Assembly: GCF_902459465.1 (NCBI RefSeq) | Contig: NC_047067.1 | Location: 15,252,001-15,316,000 of the forward strand | DNA length: 64,000 bases | DNA from: Asterias rubens | Lineage: Eukaryota | Reading direction: 5' to 3' | Shown here: piece by piece, positions 1-12,842 of the stretch | Position numbering within the stretch: position 1 is the stretch's first letter | Layout: each line of letters opens with the position of its first letter | The notes under the pieces: generated by a model | Database searches by the model: none | The model's input: only the letters and a program-made list of their open reading frames with translations | Told to the model about the DNA's origin: nothing | Made by a program: the position numbers and the translations under genes

Positions 1-3000
1 GGCAACACAAAGTCAACATTGTGAAGGTATTGTGATTCTCATGTCAATATTATTCACTGCTTCAGACTATTTCTGGTATTGATAGAATTGGTTGTGGTTT
101 TGTAACTTGTTTTGGGTAACTGAGTTTAGGAAAGAAACCAATATATCAAGTTATTGAGGAGTGATTTGATTCGTCTGCAAAGGACTGAAGGAAAATTAAA
201 GGTGGGCGAAGAGAGACTGGTTGAAATGCTTACGTACGTTATTTGCTATAACCTTAATTTTGCTCAGCCCCCGGTGGTCTCATCCAAGACTTCTGGGAAG
301 AGCTGAAGAGCTCGTACAAGTTCTTGTTAACGAAGTATGTTCTGCTTGTGTAGTGAAGTGATGCTATACAAAATCTTGGCCCGACCCCCTGAACCATTCA
401 TTGTTTTTAGTTTTAGTAAATCCAATTTAAGTGCTCACTTGTGACCAATCAAACAAGACATTGTACTTAACTTTATTCCAAATCTTGCTTGCAAATTGCT
501 TACATTCAAAACAGACCATCTCAGCGAGACACAGGAATACCTGGCAAACAATGTTCTTGTTGTAATAATATTTGCCTTTTGTTTTCTTTAGTTTCACAAA
601 CAAAGAAACTGGGAGAAGCTTACCACAGAGCAAATTAATGCCCGGCAAACAGTTCAGGTAAATCAATTATTGACCAGCAGTTACTCTACTCTATTCCCTG
701 GGAGCAACGTTGGGGATTAACGGCCGGCCCTTTCACACTTTGATTGCTTTACCCCTGATCTACCCTGGGTAATGGCAACCCCTGCTCTGGACTAGTGGTA
801 AGCGATAAAACGCTGGGGTATTCTTAAAATGTGCAACCGGAACCATGTGGAATAGGGACACAGTGTGAAAGTCACCGGGTAACCAAGGGGTAAAAAAAAA
901 AGTTTCCCTAGGGCTGTATCAAACAGGGATAACAAAGAACCAAAGGATGTAATGGTTTTATAAATGTTTTATAATAGCAAACTTATGCCTAGCAAACAGT
1001 TCAGGTAAACCTGTTATTGACCAGCAGTATGGTGTGTTTTATTTAATAAGGGAATCAATGTGTGGTGAAGAGGATTTCAACTAGTGGTTTAATCCCAATG
1101 AGGCCTGGTTCTTGATAATTTTACCAAGACGAAGTCATGAACCAGGCCTCGGCGGGTTTAAACCACTAGTTGAAAACTGATTCAACACACCTTGATTCCC
1201 ATTCATAAATACCTTTTCAGTCAAAAAAAATCAACACTTTTGGTAAAAAAAATAAAATAAATGCAAAAATTATAATTGTTCAATGATTTCTTTCAACACA
1301 ACACCCCTCAAGCTATGAAATGGTAAGGCCCTCCGCCGCCCTCGGGTAAACAACTCCTTATAAGGGAATGCTGTGGGCGTCGCGCGTATCGCGTGATGTG
1401 GCACAACTGTCCAGCCGTTGCTCTTGACCAATAGGAATGAAGAAACGGTCTTATAAGAACAGGTGCAAGCAGGCATGTCACGCCCATGTTTCAACAATTT
1501 TTACCGGTGTTTTTACACACACCCATGTGACGCGCTCTCCACCAATAGGAATAGCGAAAATGTCCGAGGTATTTATGGATGGCAAATTAATGCCCAGCAA
1601 ACTGTCCAGGTAAATCCATTATTGACCAGCAGTTCCTCTGATTCATTTTTATAATGACTGAGGAAGGTAACCTGTATTTAAGGGATAACTTGAATACTAT
1701 ATATCATGGTTGAAGCAAGGCTATTTAGGAAGGTAACCTGTATTTAAGGGATAACTTGAATACTATATATCATGGTTCAAGCAAGGCTATTTATTGTGAC
1801 CTTATTTGGTCTTCAATATGTGGCATTGTGTCCTCACCCCCATTTTTTTCCCCTTTTCCTTGGATTCTCAAAAATATTTTGTAGTTTGTTTATTTGTTGT
1901 ATTTCTCTTGATTTTGCAAAAGGGTTAACACTTTTGTGTAATTTATCAACAGCAACTAAAAGCAAACATACGTGAGATGGAAAAGACAAGGAGCCTTATT
2001 AGAGAAGAAGATCTCCCGTCCTTTGATAGTAGGGTGACCCCCGTGAAAGAGGAAGCAATCCATGCTGTTGTTGATTTCCTTGAGATGAATGATACTGAGC
2101 AAGCACCACTAGGGGGTGCTCATACTAGGAACTTTGTATCACAAGGGGACTCAATGTTGAGACACAGAAATTTGGGTTCCAGTGACGAATTTGAAGGTTT
2201 GTAAATTCTTGAATGGTTTAATTGTTATTTGTATTTAAATGAATGAATTTGGGCTTACTTTGATCTTTGAATTCTAACTATTGAACTAGGGATGAGTTTA
2301 GTTGAAGCCCTGTTGGAGGCAACAGAAACTGAACAGTGAAACATGCCATTGAAACAAATTGGTCAAACAGAATAGTGAAAAATACAGTGAAATGAAATGG
2401 TGGAAACAGAGTCAAGCCTGGTTCATACTTCCTGCGAATGCGACACAAATTTTGGCGTCACAGGGCTGTTTTCGCTGCGAATGTTTGGCAGGAGTTCAGC
2501 ACAAGTCAAATGATGCGGAATATTTGTTGCGATTTTGTGACGACAAAATTTGTGCCGAGTTGCGAAAGGTATGAACCGGCCTTAATGAATTAGAACAGTG
2601 AAACAGATCAGTGAAACAAAACTGTTAAAACAGAACATTGAAATATAATACAGTGAAATAAACAGTTAATCAGGTTGCAAACATCAAACAAACTGTCAAT
2701 AAGTTCTTGGTGTGTTAGTTATCAAAATCCTTATTGCACAGTATTTTCGGGTTATGGACATGGTATTTGTAAAGATTGAAAATGCAGTAAATGATAATTT
2801 TGCTAGCAGATCAACATGTGATACTTATATTCAAGTGCTGAAAAATAACACTCTTTTGTTTATTTCTATTGGAAAACATTTTAATGATACTTATTCTTCA
2901 CTGCTGTCTCCCTTGTTTGTTATGTAGTCATTAATGCACAAGAAACCATTCCTGAAGACACCCACCAAGCCGAGTCAGAACGCGAGTTAGAACGTTTGAT

Positions 3001-5488
3001 GCAGCAGCAAGCAGATGCACAAAGCAAGGCATCATTAGAAGCATGGGAGAATCTTCACAATGATCTAATCTCATTAAACTCAGTCATTCATGAGTTTGCT
3101 ACACATGTTAGGGTAAGGGAAACAGTTGTTATATTAGTGAGAGAACATTGTACATAGTGCCCAGCCCAGTAGACATCAAAAACCCAAGTTGCCTCTAGTC
3201 ATCAGGCTAGTTGGATGGTCTAGTGGTAAGACATCTTGGCCCAATATCATAGAGCTGCTCAAGCAGATTGTTTAAAAATTCCTGCTTAGCAATAAAGAGC
3301 AGGATACCAGTCACAAATTGTACATGTGACATGTCATTTCGGCTGCTAACCTTATCATAGTAAGCATAACTTTGCTGTGCTGAGCTTTTTTGTGCTTAAG
3401 CAGGTCTATGAAAATGGGCCCTGCTCTAGCAATGCAAAGGTCGTAGGTTCGAATCCCACCCGAGTGATTTGGCTGGAGTTTTTTCCCCAAAATAAACTCG
3501 GGGCAAGTACTGAGTATACAGTGCCTCATACAGAATGGTGTATAAATAAAATACAGTTTATTTTCCAATTCGCATAGTTAAAGATATTTATGATGGGGTG
3601 AATCAGGAAAAAAAAAAATGAAACAAAATTTGAGCCTGCTCTATCTTGGCTGTGTAGCCCAATCTTTGAAATGTCCCCATTATGTCAATAGATTTGTCAG
3701 GGGATGCCAGTCTGAAGTCATAGGACCAAATACTGCCGTAAACCCAGGGTTTAAGGTTATGCTCAATTTATAATACAACCTGAGTAGTGTGGGCATCCGA
3801 GGGGGTTGCATATAATAATGTAGTCTTACATACATGTAGCATACGTATCCATGAATGAGGCTTTAAGAAGCACTTGAACAAAGAGAGACACTTTTTAAAG
3901 ACAGGTTTTGAAGTTATTATAAGTTATCACACAAGCATGAGTGGAATACAGAAAAATATAGCGCTTCTGCGTCCCATATCCAACGAAGCTGAAGGCAGAG
4001 TTGGACATGGGACGCAGACACGCTATACTTTTCTGTATTCCACGAGCGCAAGTGTGATAGATAACAAATAAATGTTTATCTTCCAGCCTCATTAAGTCAA
4101 TGAGGTTAGGTTATGTTTTTGTTTTAGATTTTTCAGACGCAAAGTTTAGAATGTAATTTTTTGCACTGACCGTATGCGGAGCGTGTGACGCACTGACACT
4201 CACAATACGCAGAGTGCAATATAAAAACTAGGAGTAGGTCGAGTTGGATATGGGACGCAGACGCGCTATATTTTTCCGTATTTCCATGAGCGCGCGTGTG
4301 ATAACGTATTTATCTGCAAGCAAACTTAAGAACAACAATAAGAACACACAATACGCATGGTAGTGATATTAGCCGTGCAATACAGGTTTTTATCACCACT
4401 CCATTCTGCGAATCTGACTGCAGGATAAGCGCTTACTGGAAGATAACATCTGATATCACTTTGAGCATCTGATTGGAGGACTAGCGCATACTGGAAGATA
4501 ATATACATTATGAGACGAATTCATGTAGCACTTTATTAAAGGGTTTACAGGGGGAAGCAGACGCCCCAAGCTTTCAATCACATAGTCTTGCTTCTAATCT
4601 AATCTGTTGAAATGTCACTAAAGTAACTTTTTCATGGATGACATAATTATTTTCTTTTTCAGGTTCAGGGTGAAATAGTTGACAGCATCGAGGATCATGT
4701 CGACAAATCACAAGATCATGTGTCTACAGGTCGCAGGTATCTGATAAAGGTATGTTTGAATGAAAAAAAAAGATTACTTGTTGCAGCAGCCATACCAGCT
4801 GAAAACCAACTTGGTTTCAATTTTTTACCATCAATGATTAAGTCAATATAGAAAGGTTTGCGGTAACACCATGTAATGACTATCTCTAATGAGTTGGGGT
4901 GGTTCTGAAAAGAACCGTTGGTTTCAACTCGACGTTTCGATTAGTATGCTCTGATCGTCTTCTGATCGTCTTCTTTCTCCAGAAGATGATCAGAGCATAC
5001 TGATCGAAACGTCAAGTTGAAACGTACGGTTCTTTTCAGAACCACCCCAACTCATTAGAGATAGTCATTACATGGTGTTACCGCAAACCTTTCTATATCG
5101 TATTTCTCTACCATGCAAAGTTTCAAATCCTACTAATGATTTAGTCATTACTCACAAAATATGGTTGCCCACCTTTACAAAAACTATATGTTTACATCTG
5201 TTCCTATTGCAGGCTTCCTCTCTTAAAGCTGCTCTCTTTCCAGTCAGTGGGGCTATCATTGGAGGATGTCTCGGGGGTCCAGTGGGCCTTTATGCAGGCA
5301 TGAAGGTGGGAACTGTCGCTGCTCTGGGTGGGGGTGCTCTGGGCTACGTCAGTGGTAGGTTCTTGAAGAAAAAGAAAGACAGGCAGGCAAGTTTGGAGTT
5401 GGAAGAGATGGGGGAACAAACGGCTGAGAGTAGAAGAAGAACATCGTCTGATCCAGGGTTGAATAATGAAGTCAAGAAAACAAGATGA
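1..5488 (+). CDS. STX17: Syntaxin-17, 5'-truncated by the window edge; coding exons <1-26, 592-657, 1953-2196, 2928-3112, 4663-4749, 5213-5488
   Basis: All six exons have AG/GT boundaries and consistent phases (0,0,1,0,0). Joined translation: QHKVNIVK|FHKQRNWEKLTTEQINARQTVQ|QLKANIREMEK...PVKEEA...|...AWENLHNDLISLNSVIHEF...|VQGEIVDSIEDHV...|ASSLKAALFPVSGAIIGGCLGGPVGLYAGMKVGTVAALGGGALGY...KKTR*. This is colinear with vertebrate STX17 as I recall it (KHQINIEK, INAGRTVQQLRSNIRE, PVKEEA, IDSIADHV, Gly-zipper double hairpin, C-terminal KKxx). Confidence 0.96.
1661..1792. repeat. 66-bp tandem duplication
   Basis: 1661-1726 and 1727-1792 differ by one base. Confidence 0.95.
2416..2581. mobile_element. 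Small MITE (GCCTGGTTCATACTT TIR); fragment near 41225
   Basis: Inverted ends GCCTGGTTCATACTTCCTGCGAATGCGACACAAATTTT / AAAATTTGTGCCGAGTTGCGAAAGGTATGAACCGGC. Confidence 0.75.
3924..4310. mobile_element. Palindromic repeat element (hairpin 3924-4058 plus a third arm 4240-4303)
   Basis: TATAGCGCTTCTGCGTCCCATATCCAAC is inverted against GTTGGACATGGGACGCAGACACGCTATA, and the arm recurs at 4240. Confidence 0.7.
4846..5135. mobile_element. Hairpin MITE family C in the last STX17 intron; fragments at about 35195-35320, 46075-46120 and 61435-61515
   Basis: 4846-5098 is an almost perfect ~250-bp inverted repeat (ATATAGAAAGGTTTGCGGTAACACCATG...CATGGTGTTACCGCAAACCTTTCTATAT). Confidence 0.88.
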
Positions 5489-6100
5489 AGTATTCTTGAA
5501 GATTTGATACTGTATTGATGGTCATGCTAGGTTATGGTGTAGTAAAATGTGACTCCATGGTTTCTTACTCATTGGATGTCTGACAATATGGCATAGACAA
5601 GTCATTGTGTGCTTGGAAGAAGGATGCGATGAAAAAATTATTGTGTGTCAAGACTGTTGAGTGTGAAAGTTTGGTCAGGTTTCTGCCATTCATTGGTCAG
5701 CATTGGGAGGTTAAATTCTGAATAGATGGGAAAACATCTCTGGGGTAATTTGACATGTTTTCTTTTGTCAGGAGCCATTCAAATTATTTACGGCCCTTTG
5801 TTACTGGGAAAGGTACTTTGTGTGCCTACAAGAAGGGTGTAGAACCTATATTGTCCTTTTCCAGGCAAACAACAAAATGTACATAAAAAATACATGTTAT
5901 ATGATATGTGGTGGAGGTAACTACACTAGTGGTGTTATTTTTTCTTATCTTTTTTTGGGGGGCGGGGGAGGAGCAAGCAGAGGGCCAATCAATATATCGA
6001 TTGAACCATTCAATGTGCATTTCTTTGATCTGAATGGAGCAGGGTGGTGGGGTGCCCAACAGGACCCCTCCTGGTTACGCCTCTGATCTACACTGTACAC

Positions 6101-6449
6101 AGGCACTGGACACTTTTGGTAATCTATACTCAAAATAGTTGATTAGCATAAAACCTCACTTGGTAACAAGTAATGGGTAGAGGTTGCTAGTATAAAGCAT
6201 TGTGAAAAACTGCTACCTCTGAAGTGATGTAGTCTTTGAGAAAGAAGTAATTTTCCACGAATTAGATTTTGAGGTTTTGAGGTCTCAAAATCAAGCATCT
6301 GAAAGAACACAACTTTGTGTGACAAGGGAGTTTTTTTCTTGTTGACCATTTGAGTTCAAATTTGCACAGTTTTTTGTATGCATATGTTGAGATACACCAA
6401 GTGCGCAGACTGGTCTTTGACAGTTACCAATAGTGTCCAGTGCCTTTAA
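6101..6449. mobile_element. Kolobok-like MITE family A copy
   Basis: TIRs AGGCACTGGACAC...GTGTCCAGTGCCT followed by TTAA; internal sequence shared by all family A copies. Confidence 0.85.
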
Positions 6450-6905
6450 ATTGAGTGTGTGAAACCTTTCACAAGAAAACTGAGCAGAAAAGAGTTTCAG
6501 GCAATTAATGGTCAATGTAGGAAGTTAAATATCTGACAATTGACATAAGAATGGAAAAGCATAGTTAGGACAATAACTATTGTAAATTCATGAGATTACT
6601 ACTAGGATTTCATTTTACTCATGATGACTTTTTGTTTTTGTGAACGTTGTTGTATGCTTTCTTAGCAGAAATATGTAAAACCAATGGCCGGAAACAATTC
6701 TGTATCCTGTCACCAATTGTTCATATGTAATTTTTTTTTTAAGTATCTAATTTACTCAAATGAAATATTCCCTTTGGTAAAAAGTGGGTAAAAAAGTGGT
6801 GGCTGGATATGGTAATCTTTCCCAAGTGTGGTTTCCGATTATTAATAAAGGCATGAAATGTAGAGCCCTCAACATGTGTACATGTAGGTCAGCCTCTGTA
6901 CTTAA

Positions 6906-7293
6906 TTAAAGGCAGTGGACACTATTGGTAATTACTCAAAATAATTGTTAGCATAAAACCTTACTTGGTAACGAGTAATGGGGAGAGGTTGATAGTGTCA
7001 AACACTGTGAGAAACGGCTCCCTCTGAAGTAACGTAGTTTTCAAGAAATAAGTTATTTTCCACTAATTTTATTTCAAGACCTTAGTATTAGATTTTGAGG
7101 TCTCGAAATCAGGCATCTGAAAGCACACAACTTCGTGTGACAGGGGTGTTTTTTCTTTTATTTTTAGCTCGCAACTTCGACGACCAATCAATGAGCTCAA
7201 ATTTTCACAGGTTTATTTTATGCATGTATGTTGAGATACACCAAGTGAGAAGACTGGTCTTTGACAATTACCAATAGTGTCCAGTGTCTTTAA
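6906..7293. mobile_element. Kolobok-like MITE family A copy
   Basis: TTAA-AGGCAGTGGACACTATTGGTAATT...AATTACCAATAGTGTCCAGTGTCT-TTAA. A TTAA TSD with 5'-RR...YY-3' termini is the Kolobok signature. Confidence 0.9.
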
Positions 7294-7487
7294 TAACAAA
7301 AAAACCACCAAGGACCAAATATTACGCCTACAATAAAGGGTGCAGTTGTTTAACTCAATAGAAAACAGTTTAAATGCTTTTAATTTGTTTTATCAACAAG
7401 TGGGAAATCTTACCCAAAATAGAATTTCTCTTGAGGAGTTTGAATTCACTTATAGTCAGTACTTTGAAGTTTTGAGCTGGTGTTCTG

Positions 7488-7538
7488 TTAAAGACACTGG
7501 ACACTATTGAGTAATTACCAAAAGTGTCCATTGCCTTT
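7488..7538. mobile_element. Family A mini-element (TIRs only)
   Basis: The two ~25-bp TIRs abut directly with no internal sequence. Confidence 0.75.
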
Positions 7539-8146
7539 CCTGATATAATTCTCTGGGGTTTTCCTCCCACATCTAAAACTGAAATTTCTTCAACATCTTC
7601 TCTTATCGGTTTGCTCTAATTAGAGCGTTGAGAATATTAAATCCAGATCCAGAACAAGAAGAAGTTTTGTGCACAGTTCGCCATGTGTGAGAACAGAATT
7701 TCCGGGGGAACAGTATCTCTTAGCTGCCACACCGGAATAGTTTTAATGAATTTACACTATTGCTGTATTATAGTCAAGTTGAACAAAATGTTCAGGAAAT
7801 ATTTGTGCTAATTTGTGCTTATAGAGAATAAACTCACCTGTTTCAGAGTTATTTACTGAGAGAGTTCCAACTTGGAGGGACAGTTTTCTTTATTCACGTT
7901 GTTGCTGGTCGCCTTTTCGTTTCATGTAGCACAACCAAACGTACAGTCTATAGTCTGGCACCCTGTGTGCGCACATGCGTTTTTTAGTACCCAAATGGCC
8001 TTTACTTGCAAGTTCTCTCATTACACAGCTCTGATCAGCTTTTAAACCCACCAATGAGGCAGACGATTAACAGACATCGTGATTTGTGTTTTTTTAGAAA
8101 GGGAAAACCTTGTATTTCTCGCATCAGAGGCCTAAAAGTTGCTGTT

Positions 8147-8535
8147 TTAAAGCCAGTGGACACTATTGGTAAATGCCAAAGTCCAGCCTTCTCACTTGCT
8201 GTCTCTTAACATATGCATAAAATAACAAACCTGTGAAAAATTGAGCTCGATTTTGGTCGTCGGAGTTGCGAGATAACTATGAAAGAAAAAAACACCCTTG
8301 TCACACGAAGTTGTGTGCTTTCAGACGCTTGATTTCGAGACCTCAAATTCTAAACTTGAGGTCTCAAAATCAAATTCGTGGAAAATTACTTCTTTCTCGA
8401 AAACTACTCCACTTCAGAGGGAGCCGGTTCTCACAATGTTTTATACTACCAACCTCTCCTCATTACTCGTTACCAAGTAAGGTTTTATGCTAATATTTAT
8501 TTTGAGTAATTACCAATAGTGTTCACTGCCTTTAA
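8147..8535. mobile_element. Kolobok-like MITE family A copy
   Basis: TTAA-flanked, with both TIRs and the internal TTTCGAGACCTCA..TGAGGTCTC hairpin. Confidence 0.9.
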
Positions 8536-8880
8536 GAGCAAGTCAATCACATATTATTTGCATACCATAAAAAAAGACTAAAACAAAAACCGGTTGGATA
8601 CTTTGTGTTTTCGACCTGTGTTCGGGCCCCGAAGGATGGTTGAGCTTCTAGTTGTTTGAACCCTTGTCTTGTTTACAAGACTGGAGAACACACGCTTCAA
8701 GGCATCTTAGTTGTTAATTCACATCACACCGTGTTCTTAATAACTCCTCCAGTCTCTCAAACCTTAATCCAGATCTAATTATTTCTCTCTGTTTTTCACA
8801 AATTGTACTTTTTTTTGTCACTGTTTTCTAAGCGCGTTTTTGTTTGTGGTGAATCGAAAACGAAAGTAGGGTGTCATGTT

Positions 8881-10510
8881 CACTCTTAAAAACCTCCTGG
8901 ATCAAATTCAACCCAGACTCCTCAGCCCATTTGGCCTGACCTACTTCTGGAAACTAGTTCACAATTTAGATTGTGCTCAGATTTTGCACCAGTTTGACAG
9001 AGTTTATGGTCACTTTGACACAATTTCTGGGTCATACTGACCCAGGAATGGTCAGGCCCAATGGGATCCGGAATCCTGGTCAATTCTGTCCCGGAAATGG
9101 TTAACGGTGATACATTCCATGGTTTTAAACACACTTTTTGACCGTAACTTGTCGACCTTTTATTTTTGAAAAAGATGGCTTAGGACGGGAATCTATTTTG
9201 CTTGTATTTAATTGCTTTATATAGTTGCCTATAATGACGATCTTTGTGATGCAGAATTCACTTGCTATCTTACTATCTAAGAATTTCTTTTACTTGTTTT
9301 GGAGTGAAACACAACGCATCTGTTTGTCTGCCCCCATCACCTATTTCACTAGTATTTCACTCATGTTTGTACAATAATTAATGTGTTTACGTTTAGTTGG
9401 AGATATCTCAAGCATTATTTTCAATAGTTTGAGTTGACATTGTACAAATACGATTAGGAAGTAAATTGAGCCATGGAATTTTCCTGAAAATATACAAAGC
9501 ACATTTATTAATCGAAACGTCAAGATTCCATGGGTCTTGTTGGGTCGAAACTTTTTCCTGAAAAAGGTTGAATTCAAATGGCCGTTACACATAAACGTAC
9601 ACACAGTTGGTGACATAGTTATACTGTTATTTTGGAATCAGAAAGTGTAATTCAAATGTTTTATATTATTGTATCTAACGTCCATGTGGCATGCAGTCCC
9701 CATTTCCACCAAAGTGTAACCTTAAGTTCATTTTTGTAATAATATGTAAGATCTAAGATAAGTATTCATGTATTAACATTTAAATTGATTTTTCTTTTGG
9801 GGTTGAAACCAGGTACGATTACATTATATTGCTTTTTTTTATTCCATAGTGTTTTCCACTTCTGTGTGTTGTACCGTTGGGTTCGGGTTGAAAACTATTA
9901 TTGTTTAAATAAATTGATACTCCCGTCATAAGTGATGAGTAAAGCAAGTTTATTTTGAGTTGACTTTCTTTATTAACGTCCCAGGCGGTATAACAGCAAA
10001 ACAATAGAAAGCTTGCGTGAGGATGGATACAAAACGCCGTCTAGTCCAGGATTCAGTTGAATCTTTGAACGTCAGGTAAAGACAAATAATACAACGCATG
10101 CTTTATCTGTTATGTAAATTAACGTAAGCCAATAGGCAAATGATCCCACAAACACCGGAGTTCCTCTCAAGCTGCACTGCACTCTACAAACTCCGCAAGC
10201 GCAACTTGTTTTTAAAAGATTATACGAAACAAAATCCCAATACAACAAAGAAAAAACCTCCAAGGTTCTGTGTGTCAGAGGGCCTGCCCCATTTTTAGTC
10301 AGGTTGACCCGGAAACTGGTATTAGAAGAGGGGTATATAGTTAGCGTCAGAGCCATTTCTGGGTCGTTTGACACCTGTTCTGGTTACACTGACCTAGAAA
10401 CGGGTCAGTCCCTCTGGTATCCGGAATCCATTCTCATCCGATTTCTTAGCAGCTGGTTAACTGTGAGAATGCTTAAAGTTGGTTCAATTATGACCCGGGA
10501 GATTTTAGTA
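8881..10510. mobile_element. Probable non-autonomous DNA transposon with GGGTCAnnnTGACCC subterminal arrays; related ends at 22410-22690 and 46520-46715
   Basis: Both ends carry clusters of GGGTCA/TGACCC palindromes and CCGGA motifs. No recognisable transposase ORF inside. Confidence 0.5.
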
Positions 10511-11027
10511 TTTCATCATTCGATCAATCATACTACGAATTTGTTTTCTGTCATTCCTTGTTGTTGTGGAAATAATGGCGTTTTATCCGAATCGAACGAA
10601 GGTTGACCTAGACTTATGGACAAGTCGTTGAATGTATGTCTTTTGCCAATAACCCATTGGGGTAGTCATGAGAGCTGGAGAAGCAGTCTCACGAGAAAGC
10701 CGTTTCACTTTCACCTCGACAGACAAACGATTTGTCCACAAGTCTAATGTTGACCTATAAAGAAATAATGTGCAACTCAAAGTAAAAAACATTTCCCTAT
10801 TATTGTTAAAGAATAAACGTCAGAAAAACGGGAGCACCAATCTTTTCCCTGTTGATTGTTCTTTATTTACCATCATAGAATATACAGATCAGGCATTGAA
10901 ACAAAATATGAACATCAATTCGAATATTAATCAGCATAATTCAACAATATCTGGGCCAGATGATGGAACTATAGGAACCGTGGTTAAACAATGATAAACA
11001 AAGCTACGAAGAACACGTGGAATTCTT

Positions 11028-11195
11028 AGGCCCTTTTCGAAACCACGGCTTCTGCGTTGGATTTGGCTTCAGACTCCACCCTCTCGTCTGAAGACCTTTG
11101 CGTGTATGAAAAGCAAGCGCAATATTGTCAAAACAACCGCGGGGCCAATCTATAGCCTGAACCGAAATCTAGCGAAGCCGTATCGAAAATGGCTT
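11028..11195. mobile_element. Small MITE (GGCCCTTTTCGA TIR)
   Basis: Imperfect inverted ends TTTTCGAAACCACGGCTT / AAGCCGTATCGAAAA. Confidence 0.65.
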
Positions 11196-11290
11196 TTGCG
11201 GTAGTGGTTGTTTGTCATGCGCAGTGGCGTACTTAGACCCCTAATCATTCAAACACGCGCATACTTGCTTTTTGATGCTTTTTAAAGTCA

Positions 11291-11650
11291 TTAAAAGGAA
11301 GGTACACGTTTGGTTATTACTCAAAACAAATATTAACTTAAAAACTGACTTGTAAACGAGCATTGGAGAGCTTTTGATAGTATACAACACTGTGGGTAAC
11401 GACTCTCTCTGAAGTAACGTACTTTTTGGGAAAGAAGTAATTTCTCATTAAAATATTAAAAGACTTCTAGCTAGAAGTCTTTTGTTCAAATTCGTCCAAC
11501 AAGGGTGTTTTTTCTTTCATCATTTTCTCGCAACTTCGATGACCAATATTGAGCCCAAATGTTCAGGCTTGTTATTTTCTGGTTATGATGGGATACACCA
11601 AGTGAGAACACTGGTTTTTGACAATTGCCAATGGTGTCCAGTGCCTTTAA
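11291..11650. mobile_element. Family A variant (AGGAAGGTACAC left end)
   Basis: TTAA at both ends; diverged subfamily of the same element. Confidence 0.8.
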
Positions 11651-12474
11651 GAGAACGTATAGCAAGCATCTGAAGGAACCATACATTACATCCTTTTATT
11701 AATATTAAATGCACACAGCAGACCTGTGGGCTTGTATTATTCAAAAAGGTTATTTATCATAGTAATCTATACTCGATTAATAATGCACTTATTTATATAT
11801 CGACTGGCCATGTAACCAACGCGTTGACAGCTCCTTGATCATACATGTGTAATCGTCAATTATGTGGAACCATTAGTCATTAAAAAAAACCTGCCCTATA
11901 AACGTTGATTTAGAGCCAATGGTAACCTACATAGTGAGTACATGAATATTTTAAGGAATGCATAACATATTTGGCATATTGATATTTTGATATACAACAT
12001 TTATGGGTGAGTTTCTGGTAACCATCAAGAACAGTGGGACAACTTCACTATGTATTCTTTGTAAATATGTCTCCCTCAGACCATTAAATGATCTGGACAC
12101 CCAAGGATAAAATTACTAATAACCTCCTTTTGTCCTTGCGGCATTTTCCTTTCCCCCACAATTATCCCTCTTTTTAGTCTGCCTTATTCACTAATTAACT
12201 ACCTTGCCCCTCTTCCCACCCTTGATTTTGTCCTTTGTGTTTCCATCTTCTTGTGGTTAAACCAGCCCCCCTTCCCCCAAAACCCCCCTCCCTTTGTCTC
12301 CCTATTTATTGTTTTCCCCCTTCCTTTTTCTGTGTGCTTTGTGACTCGCTCTCCTTCCCTCTCTCTTTTCTCTTTTCACGTATTTGCACCTCACTTCTTG
12401 AACATCATGGGAAGAAGGTAACTATGTTACAATAATAAGTTACCTGTTCATGTTTGTTGTGTTGTCATTGAGCC

Positions 12475-12842
12475 TTAAAGACACCTGGACACAATTGGTC
12501 GTTGTCAAAGACCAGTCTTCTCACTTGCTGTATCTCAACATATGCATAAAATAACAAACCTGTGAAAATTTGAGCTCAATCGGTGGACGAAGTTGCGAGA
12601 TAATAATAAAAGAAAAAACACCCTTGTCACACGAAGTTGTGTGCTTTCAGATGCTTGATTTCGAGACCTTAAATTCTAAACCTGAGGTGTCGAAATCATC
12701 TTTCTCGAAAACTACGTTACTTCAGAGGGAGCCGTTTCTCACAATGTTTTATACTACCAACCTCTCCCCATTACTCGTTACCAAGTAAGGTTTTATGCTA
12801 ATAAATATTTTGAGTAATTACCATAGTGTCCACTGCCTTTAA
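12475..12842. mobile_element. Kolobok-like MITE family A copy
   Basis: TTAA-flanked TIRs, family internal sequence. Confidence 0.9.

Noticed and set aside
3200-3470. tRNA-like A/B-box fragments (GGTCTAGTGG; GGTTCGAATCCC); also at about 36385 and 43450
   Set aside because: No complete cloverleaf can be folded. These are SINE or tRNA-derived remnants, not tRNA genes.
5072-5212. N-terminal 47 aa of the 138-aa ORF
   Set aside because: Intronic and MITE-derived; the STX17 exon starts at the acceptor at 5213.
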